From NCBI GenBank assembly GCA_035262885.1, contig DATFRZ010000063.1, forward strand, positions 9,062-73,061: DNA of 64,000 bases, given 5' to 3'. Positions 41,891-52,489 of the stretch are shown here, one piece after another. The notes beneath the pieces were generated by a model that saw nothing but the letters and a program-made list of their open reading frames with translations, was not told where the DNA came from and ran no database searches. The position numbers were made by a program, and so were the translations under genes. Within the stretch, counting starts at the first letter, position 1, and each line of letters begins with the position of its first letter. This DNA is from Candidatus Acidiferrum sp. Lineage in GTDB: Bacteria; Acidobacteriota; Terriglobia; Acidiferrales; UBA7541.

Positions 41891-44821
41891 TCAGCGGATG
41901 GGCTTCTGAAGAGCTGCGATGCGTTCGGCTACGTCGCGGTAGTCGATATTCATCGCGTAAACCTGGGAGAAACTCTTTAGCGCCGCATCCGGCTCGCCCG
42001 CCGATTCCTGGGCAACACCCAAATCATACCGCAAGGCGAGCGTACTTTCCGGGTCCATTCCGGGAGTGCGCAACGCGCGCTCATACCAAATGGCGGCGAT
42101 GGCTGGCTGGCCCTTTTCCATAAACGCCAGCCCCAGCAGGGTGTAGCACTGCATGGTGTAGCGGAACGCGCGGCCGTTGTCGCTGGCTTTGGCGACTTTC
42201 TGAAATTCGCTAATCGCTTCTTCGAGGAGGCCCATCTCTCGGAAAGCGATGCCAAGATTGTAGTGCGTTTCGAGATCTTCTTCTTCGCCGCCCATCTCAC
42301 CAAGTTCGGCGCGAAACTCTTCGAAGACTTCCTTGAGTGGGCCTGACTCGGCAGGAGCCGCAGGCTTAGCGGGAGCTTTCGGCTTTGCCGCGGGTGGCTC
42401 CGGAGCGCTTGGTTTCGAATTCGAGAAAGACGGAGCCAGAGAGTCCATGCCGAGCTGATCGATTTCTGCGGCCAAGTCGGCCAGGAATTGGTCGGATTCG
42501 AAGCCGTCAGCAGGAAGAGCCGCTGCTTTATTTTGCGCCACGGGACGCTGCGTTGGCGGCGGAGCCACAGGTGGCTGAGGAGGCTTCTGATCGTAAGCGG
42601 GAACCAGCGGTTCCTGCTGGAGCACGAGTTCGTACTCTTGCTCCAATTCGAGTTCGGGTTCCGCCGGCTTCGGCAGCTTCTGCGGAACTTTTGCCGCAGG
42701 CTTTTCCTTGGGCTTGGGAGCGGGGACGTTGGCGGCGGGTTTCTCCAAAGGAATCGTCGGAGCCGCCGCAGCGGGCATTCCGTCGGCCGCAGCCGGGGCC
42801 GGTTCTTCGGCGATATGAAATTCTTCGACGTGCGCAGGCGGTGCTGGGTGCGGCGGAGCGGCGGGAGGCTTCGCTGTCAGAGGAGGAGTCTTTACAGGTG
42901 GCGGCGGAGGCGCAGCGGCGGCTGGCTCGTGAGTTTCTTCGAGGAGGTTGGCCCATTCATCAGACAAGTCCACTTCGTGGACTTCTTCTTCCTCCGCTTC
43001 TTTTTCAACCGGGGCTGCAGCTTTCACCGGTTCCGGCTGCGCTTTCGCGTCGGGAGGAGCGGGCGACGCATTCACGGGAGCGGGAGCGGGTTCTGGCGCT
43101 GCGGGTACGGCCGTGATTTCCGGAATACCCATTTCTTCGGCCGCCGGTTTCGCGGACGCAGGCTCGGCAGTTCCAACCACACTGGCCAGGTCCTCGTCGG
43201 ACATGCCGGCGGCGCGCTGGAAACGGCGGCGCAACTCCGCAAAGCGCTCGGCGCTGCGCTTGTCGCCAGTATCGGTGTGAATTTTTTCTAACTGCGCGGC
43301 CAGCTCCGCGGTGCGGCGGTCGTCCCCGGCGCCGAGGACAAAGTCGAGCAGCTTTTCGAGCGTGGGTGTATGGCGCGGCGCGCGGCGGAGAATCGCTTCA
43401 AGAAGGCCAATGGCTTTCTGCGTGAGGCCGTAACTTGCGAACAGGTCCACATCCGTGAGCGACTGAGAGATGAATTTCTGGGTCTCCTCGTCCAGTTGAG
43501 GATCGGCCGTGAATGGCTGGGTTTCCGGACCGAAGCCGGTTACATCCGAGCGCAGTCTGGGAGTGGGAGCCTTAGGTATTTCCGCGCGCAAGTGGTCGTC
43601 AGGAATCTTGGGAGCTTCGCCAATTTCTTCAACGGAATGAGCCGGGGGCATGCCCATCTGGCGAAGAACGTTATTGAGTTTACGCTTGGCGGAATCACTG
43701 TCGGGCTGGCGCTCAACAAGCTGCTCGAAAATCTCTTTCGCGCGGTCGAGCTGCTCATTCTCGACCAGAGCATCACCCAATCGGGCCAGGGCATCGGGCA
43801 TGTGGAAGGAATCGCTGGTGCGGCCGTAGAGCTCAACAAGCCACTCGAGCGGCTCCACCTGACCCGGCATCCTGTCGGCCAGGGCATTGAGCATTTTTCC
43901 GACGGCCTCCTGCTCGCCGGCATCGATCAAAGGGATGCGCGACTGCTCGAGAATTCCCTTGGCCTTTTGTGTTTGCCCGGCATCGAGTAAAGATTCGACC
44001 ACTTTTTGTATCGGGCCGTAGTTTTTCGCGTCGGCTTCGAAGACCTGCATTGCCAGAGTGACGGCTTGGTCCCAACTCGAATTCTTAAGATGGAAGTCCA
44101 GCAGAAGTTCGGTCTGCTCGCCGCCCTTTTCAAGATCTGGGACCTTCTCGAGGAGGTGCGCGGCCTTTGCCGTGTCACCCTGCAAAGAATAAGAACGCGC
44201 CCGAACGACCAGCGCGGCCGCGTTGTTGGGCTCGAGTTTGAGAGCTTTGTCTGCCAGCTTTTCGCTTTCCGCCTGGTCACCACGGGCAAGCGCGCGCTGC
44301 GCCGCCGAAACATAGGCTTCGACCGCATCGCTTTTCTGCCCCATTGCCTGATACAAATCGGCGAGGCGAACCTGGATGCGGAGATTATCGGGTTCGGCCT
44401 GTAATAGCTTTTTGAGAAGGCCAACCGCCTCCGCCTGGCGATTTTGCTTTAGGTGAATTTCAGCCAACTGGAGAAAGAGAGGCCGCGCCTCGCTCATCAC
44501 GCCCTGCTGGACGTAGAGGTCGGCTAACTTTTCGAGCGGGCGGATTTCTTCGGGAGCGAGTTTGGCAATGCGCTTGTAGACGGCGATCGCTTTCGTGAGA
44601 AACCCGTCACCCACAAAGATCTGGGCCAGGCGCTCGAAGTAATCGATGGCCTGGAAGGTTTCGCCCTGGCGGATGTACAGCTCGCCGATGGTCATCAGGG
44701 TGACCTGGTCGCGAGGTTCATACTTCAAAATGTTCTGGTATTCGGCGATGGCCTGGGCGACTTTGCCCTGATTCAGCAGCTTTTGTGCGGCTTCGACGTA
44801 TTTGCTTTTGGTGTAAGCCAT
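41891..44821 (-). CDS. Large TPR protein with Pro/Ala/Glu linker
   Basis: N-terminal TPR array, low-complexity linker, C-terminal THYNLGIAFREMGLLEEAISEFQ TPRs. Confidence 0.88.
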   Translation of the reverse strand: MAYTKSKYVEAAQKLLNQGKVAQAIAEYQNILKYEPRDQVTLMTIGELYIRQGETFQAIDYFERLAQIFVGDGFLTKAIAVYKRIAKLAPEEIRPLEKLADLYVQQGVMSEARPLFLQLAEIHLKQNRQAEAVGLLKKLLQAEPDNLRIQVRLADLYQAMGQKSDAVEAYVSAAQRALARGDQAESEKLADKALKLEPNNAAALVVRARSYSLQGDTAKAAHLLEKVPDLEKGGEQTELLLDFHLKNSSWDQAVTLAMQVFEADAKNYGPIQKVVESLLDAGQTQKAKGILEQSRIPLIDAGEQEAVGKMLNALADRMPGQVEPLEWLVELYGRTSDSFHMPDALARLGDALVENEQLDRAKEIFEQLVERQPDSDSAKRKLNNVLRQMGMPPAHSVEEIGEAPKIPDDHLRAEIPKAPTPRLRSDVTGFGPETQPFTADPQLDEETQKFISQSLTDVDLFASYGLTQKAIGLLEAILRRAPRHTPTLEKLLDFVLGAGDDRRTAELAAQLEKIHTDTGDKRSAERFAELRRRFQRAAGMSDEDLASVVGTAEPASAKPAAEEMGIPEITAVPAAPEPAPAPVNASPAPPDAKAQPEPVKAAAPVEKEAEEEEVHEVDLSDEWANLLEETHEPAAAAPPPPPVKTPPLTAKPPAAPPHPAPPAHVEEFHIAEEPAPAAADGMPAAAAPTIPLEKPAANVPAPKPKEKPAAKVPQKLPKPAEPELELEQEYELVLQQEPLVPAYDQKPPQPPVAPPPTQRPVAQNKAAALPADGFESDQFLADLAAEIDQLGMDSLAPSFSNSKPSAPEPPAAKPKAPAKPAAPAESGPLKEVFEEFRAELGEMGGEEEDLETHYNLGIAFREMGLLEEAISEFQKVAKASDNGRAFRYTMQCYTLLGLAFMEKGQPAIAAIWYERALRTPGMDPESTLALRYDLGVAQESAGEPDAALKSFSQVYAMNIDYRDVAERIAALQKPIR

Positions 44822-45035
44822 TCGCGAAAAGAGACAAATCTCCCCAGGGAGCGGTCCCCAACACACTCCCCCGGTTGGCCGCGGGCGGAAAATGGCCCTC
44901 GGAGCTACTCTGGTAACGCTAGCAGGCGAGAAAAAGGCAAGTCAACGAACCCAAAGTTTGTTGTGAGCAGGCAGTTATCCCCGTGCTGCTTAGGAACTAC
45001 CAAGGCGAATACATAGCGAAAAAGGCAGGCGCCGT

Positions 45036-46406
45036 TTAGCGAGAGGACGCGGCCCGGTAGAGGCCGGACGCGTGGGGCTGCAGAGTGACGGTAAACGATT
45101 CAAATGAACCCAAGTCCTTGCGCTCCCAGAGGTCGCGGAGACGGTACTTTCCATCGGGCAACTCGAGGTCTTTCCAGGAGTAGTGGAGTTCCTGGGAGAG
45201 GGCGTCAAGATTGAAGATGGCCAGGTAATACTCTTCGCTTTCAGCGGCGCGAGCGACCCAAGCAGCCGCCTTGTCCGTGGTAAGAACCGCGTGATTGCCG
45301 GTGGAGCGCTGGTCCACGGCGATGACCTCGGGGTTGGTGAGCAGCGACTCGGTCCATTCATCACACAGCGTTAGATTTCCACCCATAAGAAGAGGCGAGC
45401 GAAAGATGGACCAGAGTGTGAGCTGCGTGCGCTGCTCATCGTGGGTCAGGCGCGTGGCACGCGGCTTGCCCCAGCCAGCGGCGGGCTCGAGTCTGCCAAT
45501 GGGAAGCATGTCGGCGTCGGGCCAATGACCGGGGCCGGAAAAAGTCGCCCACTTCGCGGCCCGCTCGAATTGGTTCTGAATGCCTGAGGGAAACTCCGTG
45601 TGGCTGTGCCAGAGGTCCCAAACGTCATCGGAGATGCGCCACATCTGTGCGTACTGGCGAACCTCATCCGCCTTTTCGAGCGCGGTGGGACCGGGGGAAA
45701 GGCTGAGCACGATGGGGCGGCCGGTTTTGCGGATGGCCCGGCTGATCAGCCTGATCTCATCGCCCTTGTAGGGATGATCGGAGATGCAATCCACTTTCAG
45801 GAAGTCCACGTGCCAGGGTGCGTAAAGCTGGGCGATGGAATCGTAATATGCCTGAGCTGCGGGCTTGGCGACATCGAGCCCATAGTTGAAAGGATTCCAG
45901 GGGCAAGTGTCGGAAGTATTCGCCGCATCCGAGGCATGGAAAGAGACACCGGCAATCGGAAGATTCTTGCGCACAGCTTCCTTTGGAATTCCGCGCAGAA
46001 TGTGCAAGCCAAATTTCAAGCCGAGCGAATGGACAAAATCAGCGAGCGGCCCGAAGCCGGCACCTCGGCCAGCAGAAGGAAAAGTGTTCGCTGCCGGCGT
46101 GTAGCGCCCGAAATCATCCAGACTGAATTCTGCGTTCGCTGCGTTGGTCCCCGCGGTGTGATTCGTGACGTACCAGCCGGAATCGACAACGATGTATTCC
46201 CAGCCGAACTTGTTGAGATGCTCTGCCATCCATCTTGCGTTCGCGCGAATGTCGGACTCGCTGACCGTTTCTGCATAGGCATCCCAACTGTTCCAGCCCA
46301 TGGGAGGAGTTGCGGCGAGTTCAGAAGTCTTGTCGGGCAAAGCAGGTCGAGTCACAAAGAGTATCGCAGCAACCGGCAAAAGTGTGATGCACGCTGCTCG
46401 TCGCAT
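45036..46406 (-). CDS. Glycoside hydrolase family 27 (alpha-galactosidase / beta-L-arabinopyranosidase-like)
   Basis: TPPMGWNSW, VDSGW, FLKVDC, MWRISDD, WPDADML; signal peptide. Confidence 0.92.
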   Translation of the reverse strand: MRRAACITLLPVAAILFVTRPALPDKTSELAATPPMGWNSWDAYAETVSESDIRANARWMAEHLNKFGWEYIVVDSGWYVTNHTAGTNAANAEFSLDDFGRYTPAANTFPSAGRGAGFGPLADFVHSLGLKFGLHILRGIPKEAVRKNLPIAGVSFHASDAANTSDTCPWNPFNYGLDVAKPAAQAYYDSIAQLYAPWHVDFLKVDCISDHPYKGDEIRLISRAIRKTGRPIVLSLSPGPTALEKADEVRQYAQMWRISDDVWDLWHSHTEFPSGIQNQFERAAKWATFSGPGHWPDADMLPIGRLEPAAGWGKPRATRLTHDEQRTQLTLWSIFRSPLLMGGNLTLCDEWTESLLTNPEVIAVDQRSTGNHAVLTTDKAAAWVARAAESEEYYLAIFNLDALSQELHYSWKDLELPDGKYRLRDLWERKDLGSFESFTVTLQPHASGLYRAASSR

Positions 46407-46446
46407 TTCCCTCTCCGGACTCAATGAAAGCATTGGCCGAGGAATG

Positions 46447-47097
46447 CTAAAAAATTGGAAGCGGAGTTTGCGTGGCCCCTACGGCCCAGCAGCCGGAATC
46501 GCGTACAGGCGCAAACGAATAGCGATGAAGCGGCGTGGGCCCGTGCAGGCGCAAAGCTTCCAGATGGTCCGGAGTGGCATATCCCTTGTGGCGCGCGAGT
46601 CCGTATTGCGGATAAACGGCGTCCCACTCTTCCATGCGCGTGTCGCGGTGCGTTTTCGCCAGGATGGACGCAGCAGCAATGGAAACGCTGCGCGCGTCGC
46701 CTTTGATCAGGGATTTCTGCTCGATCATCACATCGAGCTGCAGGGCGTCGATCAGCAGATAGTCCGGCGGGATGGAGAGCTGCTCAAGCGCGGCAGTCAT
46801 GGCCTGCCGCGAAGCCTGATAAATGTTCCAGGCATCGATGCGCTGCGCGTTGATTTCCGCGACGGCCCAGGCGAGGGCGTGTTCGCGAATCCGTTCCCGG
46901 AGTTCGCTGCGGCGTTCGGCGGTGAGTTTTTTGGAGTCGTCGAGGCCGACAATGCGGCGCTTGGGATTCAGAATAACCGCGGCGGCAACGACAGGGCCGA
47001 ACAAAGCGCCACGCCCGGCTTCGTCAATGCCGGCGATGCGCGTCCAACCCAACTTGCGCGCCGCTCGCTCGAAACGGGAAGAGCAGAGCCGGCTCAT
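46447..47097 (-). CDS. rnhB: Ribonuclease HII
   Basis: GIDEAGRG, DSKKL, LIDA, KGDA, AAASILAK, HKGY. Confidence 0.96.
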   Translation of the reverse strand: MSRLCSSRFERAARKLGWTRIAGIDEAGRGALFGPVVAAAVILNPKRRIVGLDDSKKLTAERRSELRERIREHALAWAVAEINAQRIDAWNIYQASRQAMTAALEQLSIPPDYLLIDALQLDVMIEQKSLIKGDARSVSIAAASILAKTHRDTRMEEWDAVYPQYGLARHKGYATPDHLEALRLHGPTPLHRYSFAPVRDSGCWAVGATQTPLPIF

Positions 47098-47235
47098 CGG
47101 GTGGGGATTTTAGCACGATGTTGCGGCTCCGCTCTGGGCAGTTTTCTTGACGGAGGGAATTGCGCGTGACACGATACTGCCCCGCAAGGTGGGCGGGGCG
47201 ACCGCGGAAATGGAATTCCCGGCAGGAGAGAACGT

Positions 47236-49320
47236 ATGAACAAACACACGGGAAGAGAGCGGTGCGGGGCTGCGCATCATCGAATGGAACGATCGGCAAA
47301 CTCCTCACGCCGGTCCCGAAGCGGGTTTTTGCTCCTGGCGGCGCTCGTCGCCGGAGCTTCACCGGTTTCCGCGCAATCGCGACACATCGAACTAAATGAT
47401 CTAGCGAAGATCGTTTCGGTTTCCGACCCGCAGATTTCGCCGGATGGGAAGACCATCGTGGTCGTGGTGGGCCGGCAAAACCTCGAGCAAGACCGCACCG
47501 ATCGCGAGTTGCTGCAAATTGACATTGCCAGTGGGGCGCAGCACGCCCTGACCTACGAACGGAAGACGGCTGGCTCGCCTCGGTGGTCTCCAAACGGGGA
47601 CCGGCTTGCATTTACCGCCAACGACGGTGCGGGAAAAGACGCGAAGCCGCAAATTTTCGTTTTGCCGATAGGCGGCGGCGAAGCAAGGAAAATCAGTGAC
47701 GCCCCGAACGGCATCGAGCAATTCGCGTGGCGTCCTGATGGACGGGAAATCGCCTACGTAACTTCGGACGAACCGGTGAACAAGAAGGAAATTGAAAAGC
47801 ACAATGACGCGTTCGAAGTCGGCGACAACGATTACTTGACCACGGAAGCGCCGCAGCCTTCACACATTTGGCTGATTTCTGCTGATGGCGGAAACCCGAA
47901 ACGATTGACGTCGGGGGTGTGGAGCCTGCCGAAGAGCGCACCTCCCAGTTCTCCCGCTTCACCGATTTCCTGGTCACCGGACGGAAAGTCGCTGCTTTTC
48001 ACCCGGCAAGAACATCCGCATCAGGGCGACGCCGACCTGACGACGCTGCAAATTCTGAACATGGATTCCGGGGAATACCACAGGCTCACCAAACACCAAA
48101 AGTTCGAGAGTTTCGGGGCGTTCTCGCCGGACGGCTCGCGAGTGGCGTACTGGTATCCGCGCGACGGCGATCCCAACAACGAAAATGAGATTTTGGTGAC
48201 GCCGACTGCGGGAGGAGATGGAACCGATGCAACTCGCGCAATTGACCGTGACCTTTTGCGGGTTATCTGGATGCCTGATGGCAATTCTTTGCTGGTGGGG
48301 GGAAATGACGGCACACAAGTCTCGATGTGGCTTCAGCAGCTAGACGGGTCCGCAAAAAAACTAGCGCTGGGCGACGTCAGCCCCTCCTGGCTTTTCTGGA
48401 TTGATGCGTTCGTCGGACGAAAGGGCGAGATCGCCTTCACCGGCAGCACACCGAGGCAGCCTTCTGAGCTGTACTACATGGCATCCGCGAATGACACACC
48501 GAACCGGCTCACCAATTTCAATCGTGAGATTGCAACATTGGATTTGGGAGTAGCCGACGCAATTGCTTGGCAAGGCCCGGATGGATTCAAGGAAGACGGT
48601 GTGCTCGTCTATCCGCCGGATTTCCAGAAGGATCGGAAGTATCCGCTGGTACTGATTATTCATGGCGGGCCACAAGCCGCGTCCTCGACGGCTTTTTCTT
48701 TTCTGCCACAGCTCATGGCCACCCACGGATATGTGGTTTTTTCGCCGAATTATCGTGGCAGCGACAATCTGGGCAACGCCTACCAGCGCGCGATTTGGAA
48801 CGACGCCGGGGATGGCCCGGGCCGCGATGTAATGGCGGGCATCGATGCCGTCAAGAAGATGGGATTCGTCGATGAATCCCAAATCGGCGTGACGGGCTGG
48901 AGTTATGGGGGCTTCATGACTTCCTGGCTCATCGGCCATTACCAGATTTGGAAAGCGGCCATGGCCGGCGCGCCGGTTACGGATATGTACGACGAATACA
49001 ATCTGGCGGATGGCAATGTGACGGGGCGCTACAGTTTTCGCGGATCGCCATATATTGGAGACAACCTGAAAAACTTTCGCACGCAATCGCCCATTACGTA
49101 CGCATCGCACATAAAAACGCCCACTCTCATCATGCACGATACGGGCGACGCACGCGTGACAGTCACACAAGGGTATTCGCTCTACCACGCCCTGAAGGAC
49201 AATGGCATTCCCGTAAAATTCATTGCCTACCCGGTCGGCAGCCATTTTCCGAGCGATCCCCTTCGTCGTATGGATGTGAATCGGCGCTGGGTCGAGTGGA
49301 TGGACCAATATTTGAAGTAG
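47236..49320 (+). CDS. S9 (prolyl oligopeptidase family) peptidase, secreted
   Basis: WSPDG propeller repeats, IHGGP, NYRGS, GWSYGG. Confidence 0.92.
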   Translation: MNKHTGRERCGAAHHRMERSANSSRRSRSGFLLLAALVAGASPVSAQSRHIELNDLAKIVSVSDPQISPDGKTIVVVVGRQNLEQDRTDRELLQIDIASGAQHALTYERKTAGSPRWSPNGDRLAFTANDGAGKDAKPQIFVLPIGGGEARKISDAPNGIEQFAWRPDGREIAYVTSDEPVNKKEIEKHNDAFEVGDNDYLTTEAPQPSHIWLISADGGNPKRLTSGVWSLPKSAPPSSPASPISWSPDGKSLLFTRQEHPHQGDADLTTLQILNMDSGEYHRLTKHQKFESFGAFSPDGSRVAYWYPRDGDPNNENEILVTPTAGGDGTDATRAIDRDLLRVIWMPDGNSLLVGGNDGTQVSMWLQQLDGSAKKLALGDVSPSWLFWIDAFVGRKGEIAFTGSTPRQPSELYYMASANDTPNRLTNFNREIATLDLGVADAIAWQGPDGFKEDGVLVYPPDFQKDRKYPLVLIIHGGPQAASSTAFSFLPQLMATHGYVVFSPNYRGSDNLGNAYQRAIWNDAGDGPGRDVMAGIDAVKKMGFVDESQIGVTGWSYGGFMTSWLIGHYQIWKAAMAGAPVTDMYDEYNLADGNVTGRYSFRGSPYIGDNLKNFRTQSPITYASHIKTPTLIMHDTGDARVTVTQGYSLYHALKDNGIPVKFIAYPVGSHFPSDPLRRMDVNRRWVEWMDQYLK

Positions 49321-49344
49321 ATGACGGAAAGATGAGGAGGTTCG

Positions 49345-51417
49345 ATGTATCCGCGAACACGGCACGTGCGTTTGCGCCCTGATTGCTTTCTGGCTTGGCT
49401 GCTTGCGCTTCTAATGATTTCTCCTCATTGCATCGCGCAGGGGCTGGCCAGTAGCGATCTTTCGAGGCTGCGCTCCGTCGGCGGTGTGGCGCTTTCGCCG
49501 GATGGGCGGCACCTGGCGTATTCGGTGGCCATGCGCGACGAGCCGGGGCGTCCTTACGGGCAACTCTGGGTCATGGACCTCAGCACGCAGAAATCGATTC
49601 GCTTCGGCGGCGACAAGGACCGCAGCGGCGGAGCGGTGTGGTCGCCGGACGGAAAGTGGATTGCGTTTTTCGGCAGACTCGGGGACAAGCACGGGTTGAT
49701 GATCGCGAAACCGGACGGCGCGGACGTCACGGTTCTGGCATCACCCGAAGGCACGAACAGCCCGCTGCCCGGCACGGGAAATGAACTGACATGGTCGCCC
49801 GACGGAAAGCAGATTGCTTACATTTCATCAAAGCCGGACAGCCGGGCGGCGGAGGCCAGCGCGGATCCGATGGTGATTACGCGCTATCTCTACAAGCCTG
49901 ACGCGGGCGAAGGCATGACGCGGTTCAACGACAACCAGCGGCTGCACATTTTCGTGGTGGATCTGGCCACCACGCAGACGCGGCAGCTCACAAAGGGTGA
50001 TTCGGATGAGCATTCGATCGACTGGTCGCCGGACGGCAAAGAAATTTTGTATTTGACGAATCCGGAGCCGAATGAGGATGAGTTTTTCAATTACGACGTT
50101 TTTGCGCTGAAGGTGGCGGACGGCAGCGTTCGCCGGATCACCTCGACGGAATTCAACGAATATGACCCGTTGTGGTCTCCCGACGGGAAGAAAATCCTTT
50201 TTCGCGGAACGCGCCGCGGGCTGACCGACCGAGAAACCACGATGGAAGACACACATGTGTGGGTGATGAACGCCGATGGAAGCGAGCGGCGCGAAATCGG
50301 CGCGGTGATTGATAACCGAGCAGGCTCGCCACAGTGGTCGCCGGACGGAAACTCTGCCTATTTCACGGTGCAGGAGCGTGGCAGCAACTATTTGATGCGC
50401 CTGCCGACTTCGGGAGGAAAACCTGAATACGTCGTCAAGGAGCCAGGGTTTGTCGGGTCTTTCTCGGTCGCGAAAGACGGTTCCGTTTTCTTCAGCTACG
50501 CCTCGCCGCGGGACTTGTCGGAACTTTACGTAAAGAGCGGGAGCGGAGCGCCGCGCAAGCTGACAGACTTAAACTCGCAAGTTCTCAGCGGAAAGCAAAT
50601 TGCCGAAGTGGGATCGTTCACGTTTGTCAGCAACGACAATAAGTACGAGGTCGAAGCGTTCCTCACCAAGCCTCTTGGGATGACGGCTACGTCCAAGCAT
50701 CCGATGATCGTAAACATTCACGGTGGCCCGCACGGGCAGAATGGTCCTGCGTTTAACTTCAAGAACCAAGTGTATGCGGCGCAAGGCTGGGCCACGCTGA
50801 ACGTGAATTATCGAGGTTCAACGGGCTACGGGCAGAAATTTGCGGATGCCGTCTTTGGCGATCAGAACGGAAATGAAGGGCAGGATGTTTTGTACGGCGT
50901 TAGCGCGGCGGTGCGGCGCAATCCGTGGATTGATCGCGAGAGGCTGGGCATCGAAGGCGTCAGCTACGGCGGGCAATTGACGGACTGGCTGATCACGCAG
51001 ACAAACCAGTTCAAGGCGGCCATTCCCATCGCCGGGATCGCCAACCTGGTGAGCTACAACTACATGACGTATTACAACCAGTATGAAGAGATGGAGTTTG
51101 GGCAGTTCCTCCATCAAGGCAATTTGATGGACGTGGCGTGGGAACGCTCGGCGCTGAAGCACGTGGCCGCGGCGCACACGCCCACGATGCTGATGCACGG
51201 CGAAAACGACAACGATGTGCCGATCGCTGAAGCGGAGCAGTTTTTTATTGCGTTGAAAGACGTAGGGACGGAGGCGATTTTCGTGCGCTATCCGCGCGAG
51301 GGACACGGCCTTTCCGAAACCGGGCACAACATCGATTCCATTAATCGATGCATGGCGTGGTATGAGAAACATTTCCCGAAGCCGGGCGCAGAGGGGATCA
51401 CGAACGTCCAACCATAG
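49345..51417 (+). CDS. S9 peptidase, secreted
   Basis: WSPDG repeats, IHGGPH, GVSYGG, HGENDNDV, YPREGH. Confidence 0.92.
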   Translation: MYPRTRHVRLRPDCFLAWLLALLMISPHCIAQGLASSDLSRLRSVGGVALSPDGRHLAYSVAMRDEPGRPYGQLWVMDLSTQKSIRFGGDKDRSGGAVWSPDGKWIAFFGRLGDKHGLMIAKPDGADVTVLASPEGTNSPLPGTGNELTWSPDGKQIAYISSKPDSRAAEASADPMVITRYLYKPDAGEGMTRFNDNQRLHIFVVDLATTQTRQLTKGDSDEHSIDWSPDGKEILYLTNPEPNEDEFFNYDVFALKVADGSVRRITSTEFNEYDPLWSPDGKKILFRGTRRGLTDRETTMEDTHVWVMNADGSERREIGAVIDNRAGSPQWSPDGNSAYFTVQERGSNYLMRLPTSGGKPEYVVKEPGFVGSFSVAKDGSVFFSYASPRDLSELYVKSGSGAPRKLTDLNSQVLSGKQIAEVGSFTFVSNDNKYEVEAFLTKPLGMTATSKHPMIVNIHGGPHGQNGPAFNFKNQVYAAQGWATLNVNYRGSTGYGQKFADAVFGDQNGNEGQDVLYGVSAAVRRNPWIDRERLGIEGVSYGGQLTDWLITQTNQFKAAIPIAGIANLVSYNYMTYYNQYEEMEFGQFLHQGNLMDVAWERSALKHVAAAHTPTMLMHGENDNDVPIAEAEQFFIALKDVGTEAIFVRYPREGHGLSETGHNIDSINRCMAWYEKHFPKPGAEGITNVQP

Positions 51418-51485
51418 GCGAACAATGAAAACGTCCCCGGAAAACCGGGGCCTGCTTGGCCTTGTCCTGAACTCCGGAACACCGC

Positions 51486-51905
51486 TTAGGCTTTTGCTTC
51501 CGTGCCTGCGGCAGCGGTAGCCGCAACGGGCGTGGCTTGCTCTTCCTCGCGGCCTGCGCGCTTGATGCGGGCGGCCTTGCCCCTCAAATCGCGAAGGTAA
51601 TAGAGGCGAGCGCGGCGAACCTTGCCTTTGCCGACGACTTCGATGGAACTAATCGTGGGGGAATGCAGCGGGAAGATGCGCTCGATGCCGATGCCAAAGC
51701 TGACGCGGCGAACGGTGAAAGTAGCGCTGGAGGCACGGCCTTTCTTCGAGATCACCACACCTTCAAAAGCCTGGAGGCGTTCCTTTTCCTTCTCGCCTTC
51801 GCCTTCTTTGAGTCGGACGTTCACGCGAATGGTATCGCCCGCGCGGAACTCGGGAAGGTCTTTGCGCAGCTGCGCTTCATGCAATTTACGAATTGCCGGG
51901 TTCAT
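51486..51905 (-). CDS. rplS: 50S ribosomal protein L19
   Basis: [41 protein letters not shown]. Confidence 0.96.
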   Translation of the reverse strand: MNPAIRKLHEAQLRKDLPEFRAGDTIRVNVRLKEGEGEKEKERLQAFEGVVISKKGRASSATFTVRRVSFGIGIERIFPLHSPTISSIEVVGKGKVRRARLYYLRDLRGKAARIKRAGREEEQATPVAATAAAGTEAKA

Positions 51906-52072
51906 GTTCTTGCTTCCTTTTAGACCCACTCAGGCGGGGCCAGCTCTCTTAGGGCAAACTCTAATTATAGAGAAAACGCGGCAAAATGCCTAGCAGAATC
52001 AGCGTCGACCGTTCGACCCACCTCATTCTTCAACCGTTTAAATTACTGATTCTTAGCCTTCATTAAAAAACC

Positions 52073-52486
52073 GTGACTGCTATTGACGGCACCTTGTACC
52101 TGAAATTTACGGATGAATACGTAGAAATCAACACAAGCTCCTTCGCGTTAAGTCGCAAGAAGCTTGACGAGGGCGTAGTTCAAGGCGGAAAATCCAGTGG
52201 ATTGGCGATTACGGATGATGGCAGGGTCTACGCGAGTTTCAGCGCTCACGGAATGGGTGGCCCGTCAAGACTAACGGGTTTGTACGAAATCATGGCCGAA
52301 GCCGGAAATCCAGTCGCTCGCCTTCTTCCGGTCATGGGTACGTTGAATTATTTTGATGGCAAGCAGAGAGACGACGGAACCTTCCTACTTCTTTGGGGAG
52401 CGGAGGGCCATCAATTGGCGGTCTGGCGCACCGGTGAGCGTGACGTGTCCTGGGTCGATGTGATTGGCGAGGAAAGAACCGACTAA
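52073..52486 (+). CDS. Hypothetical protein, possibly a C-terminal beta-propeller fragment
   Basis: 137-aa ORF filling an intergenic gap; lower GC, no clear RBS. Confidence 0.45.
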   Translation: MTAIDGTLYLKFTDEYVEINTSSFALSRKKLDEGVVQGGKSSGLAITDDGRVYASFSAHGMGGPSRLTGLYEIMAEAGNPVARLLPVMGTLNYFDGKQRDDGTFLLLWGAEGHQLAVWRTGERDVSWVDVIGEERTD

Positions 52487-52489
52487 CCA

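Noticed and set aside
47160-47230. c-di-GMP-riboswitch-like hairpin before the S9 peptidases
   Set aside because: Only a GCAA-containing hairpin; the conserved GEMM junction nucleotides are not evident.
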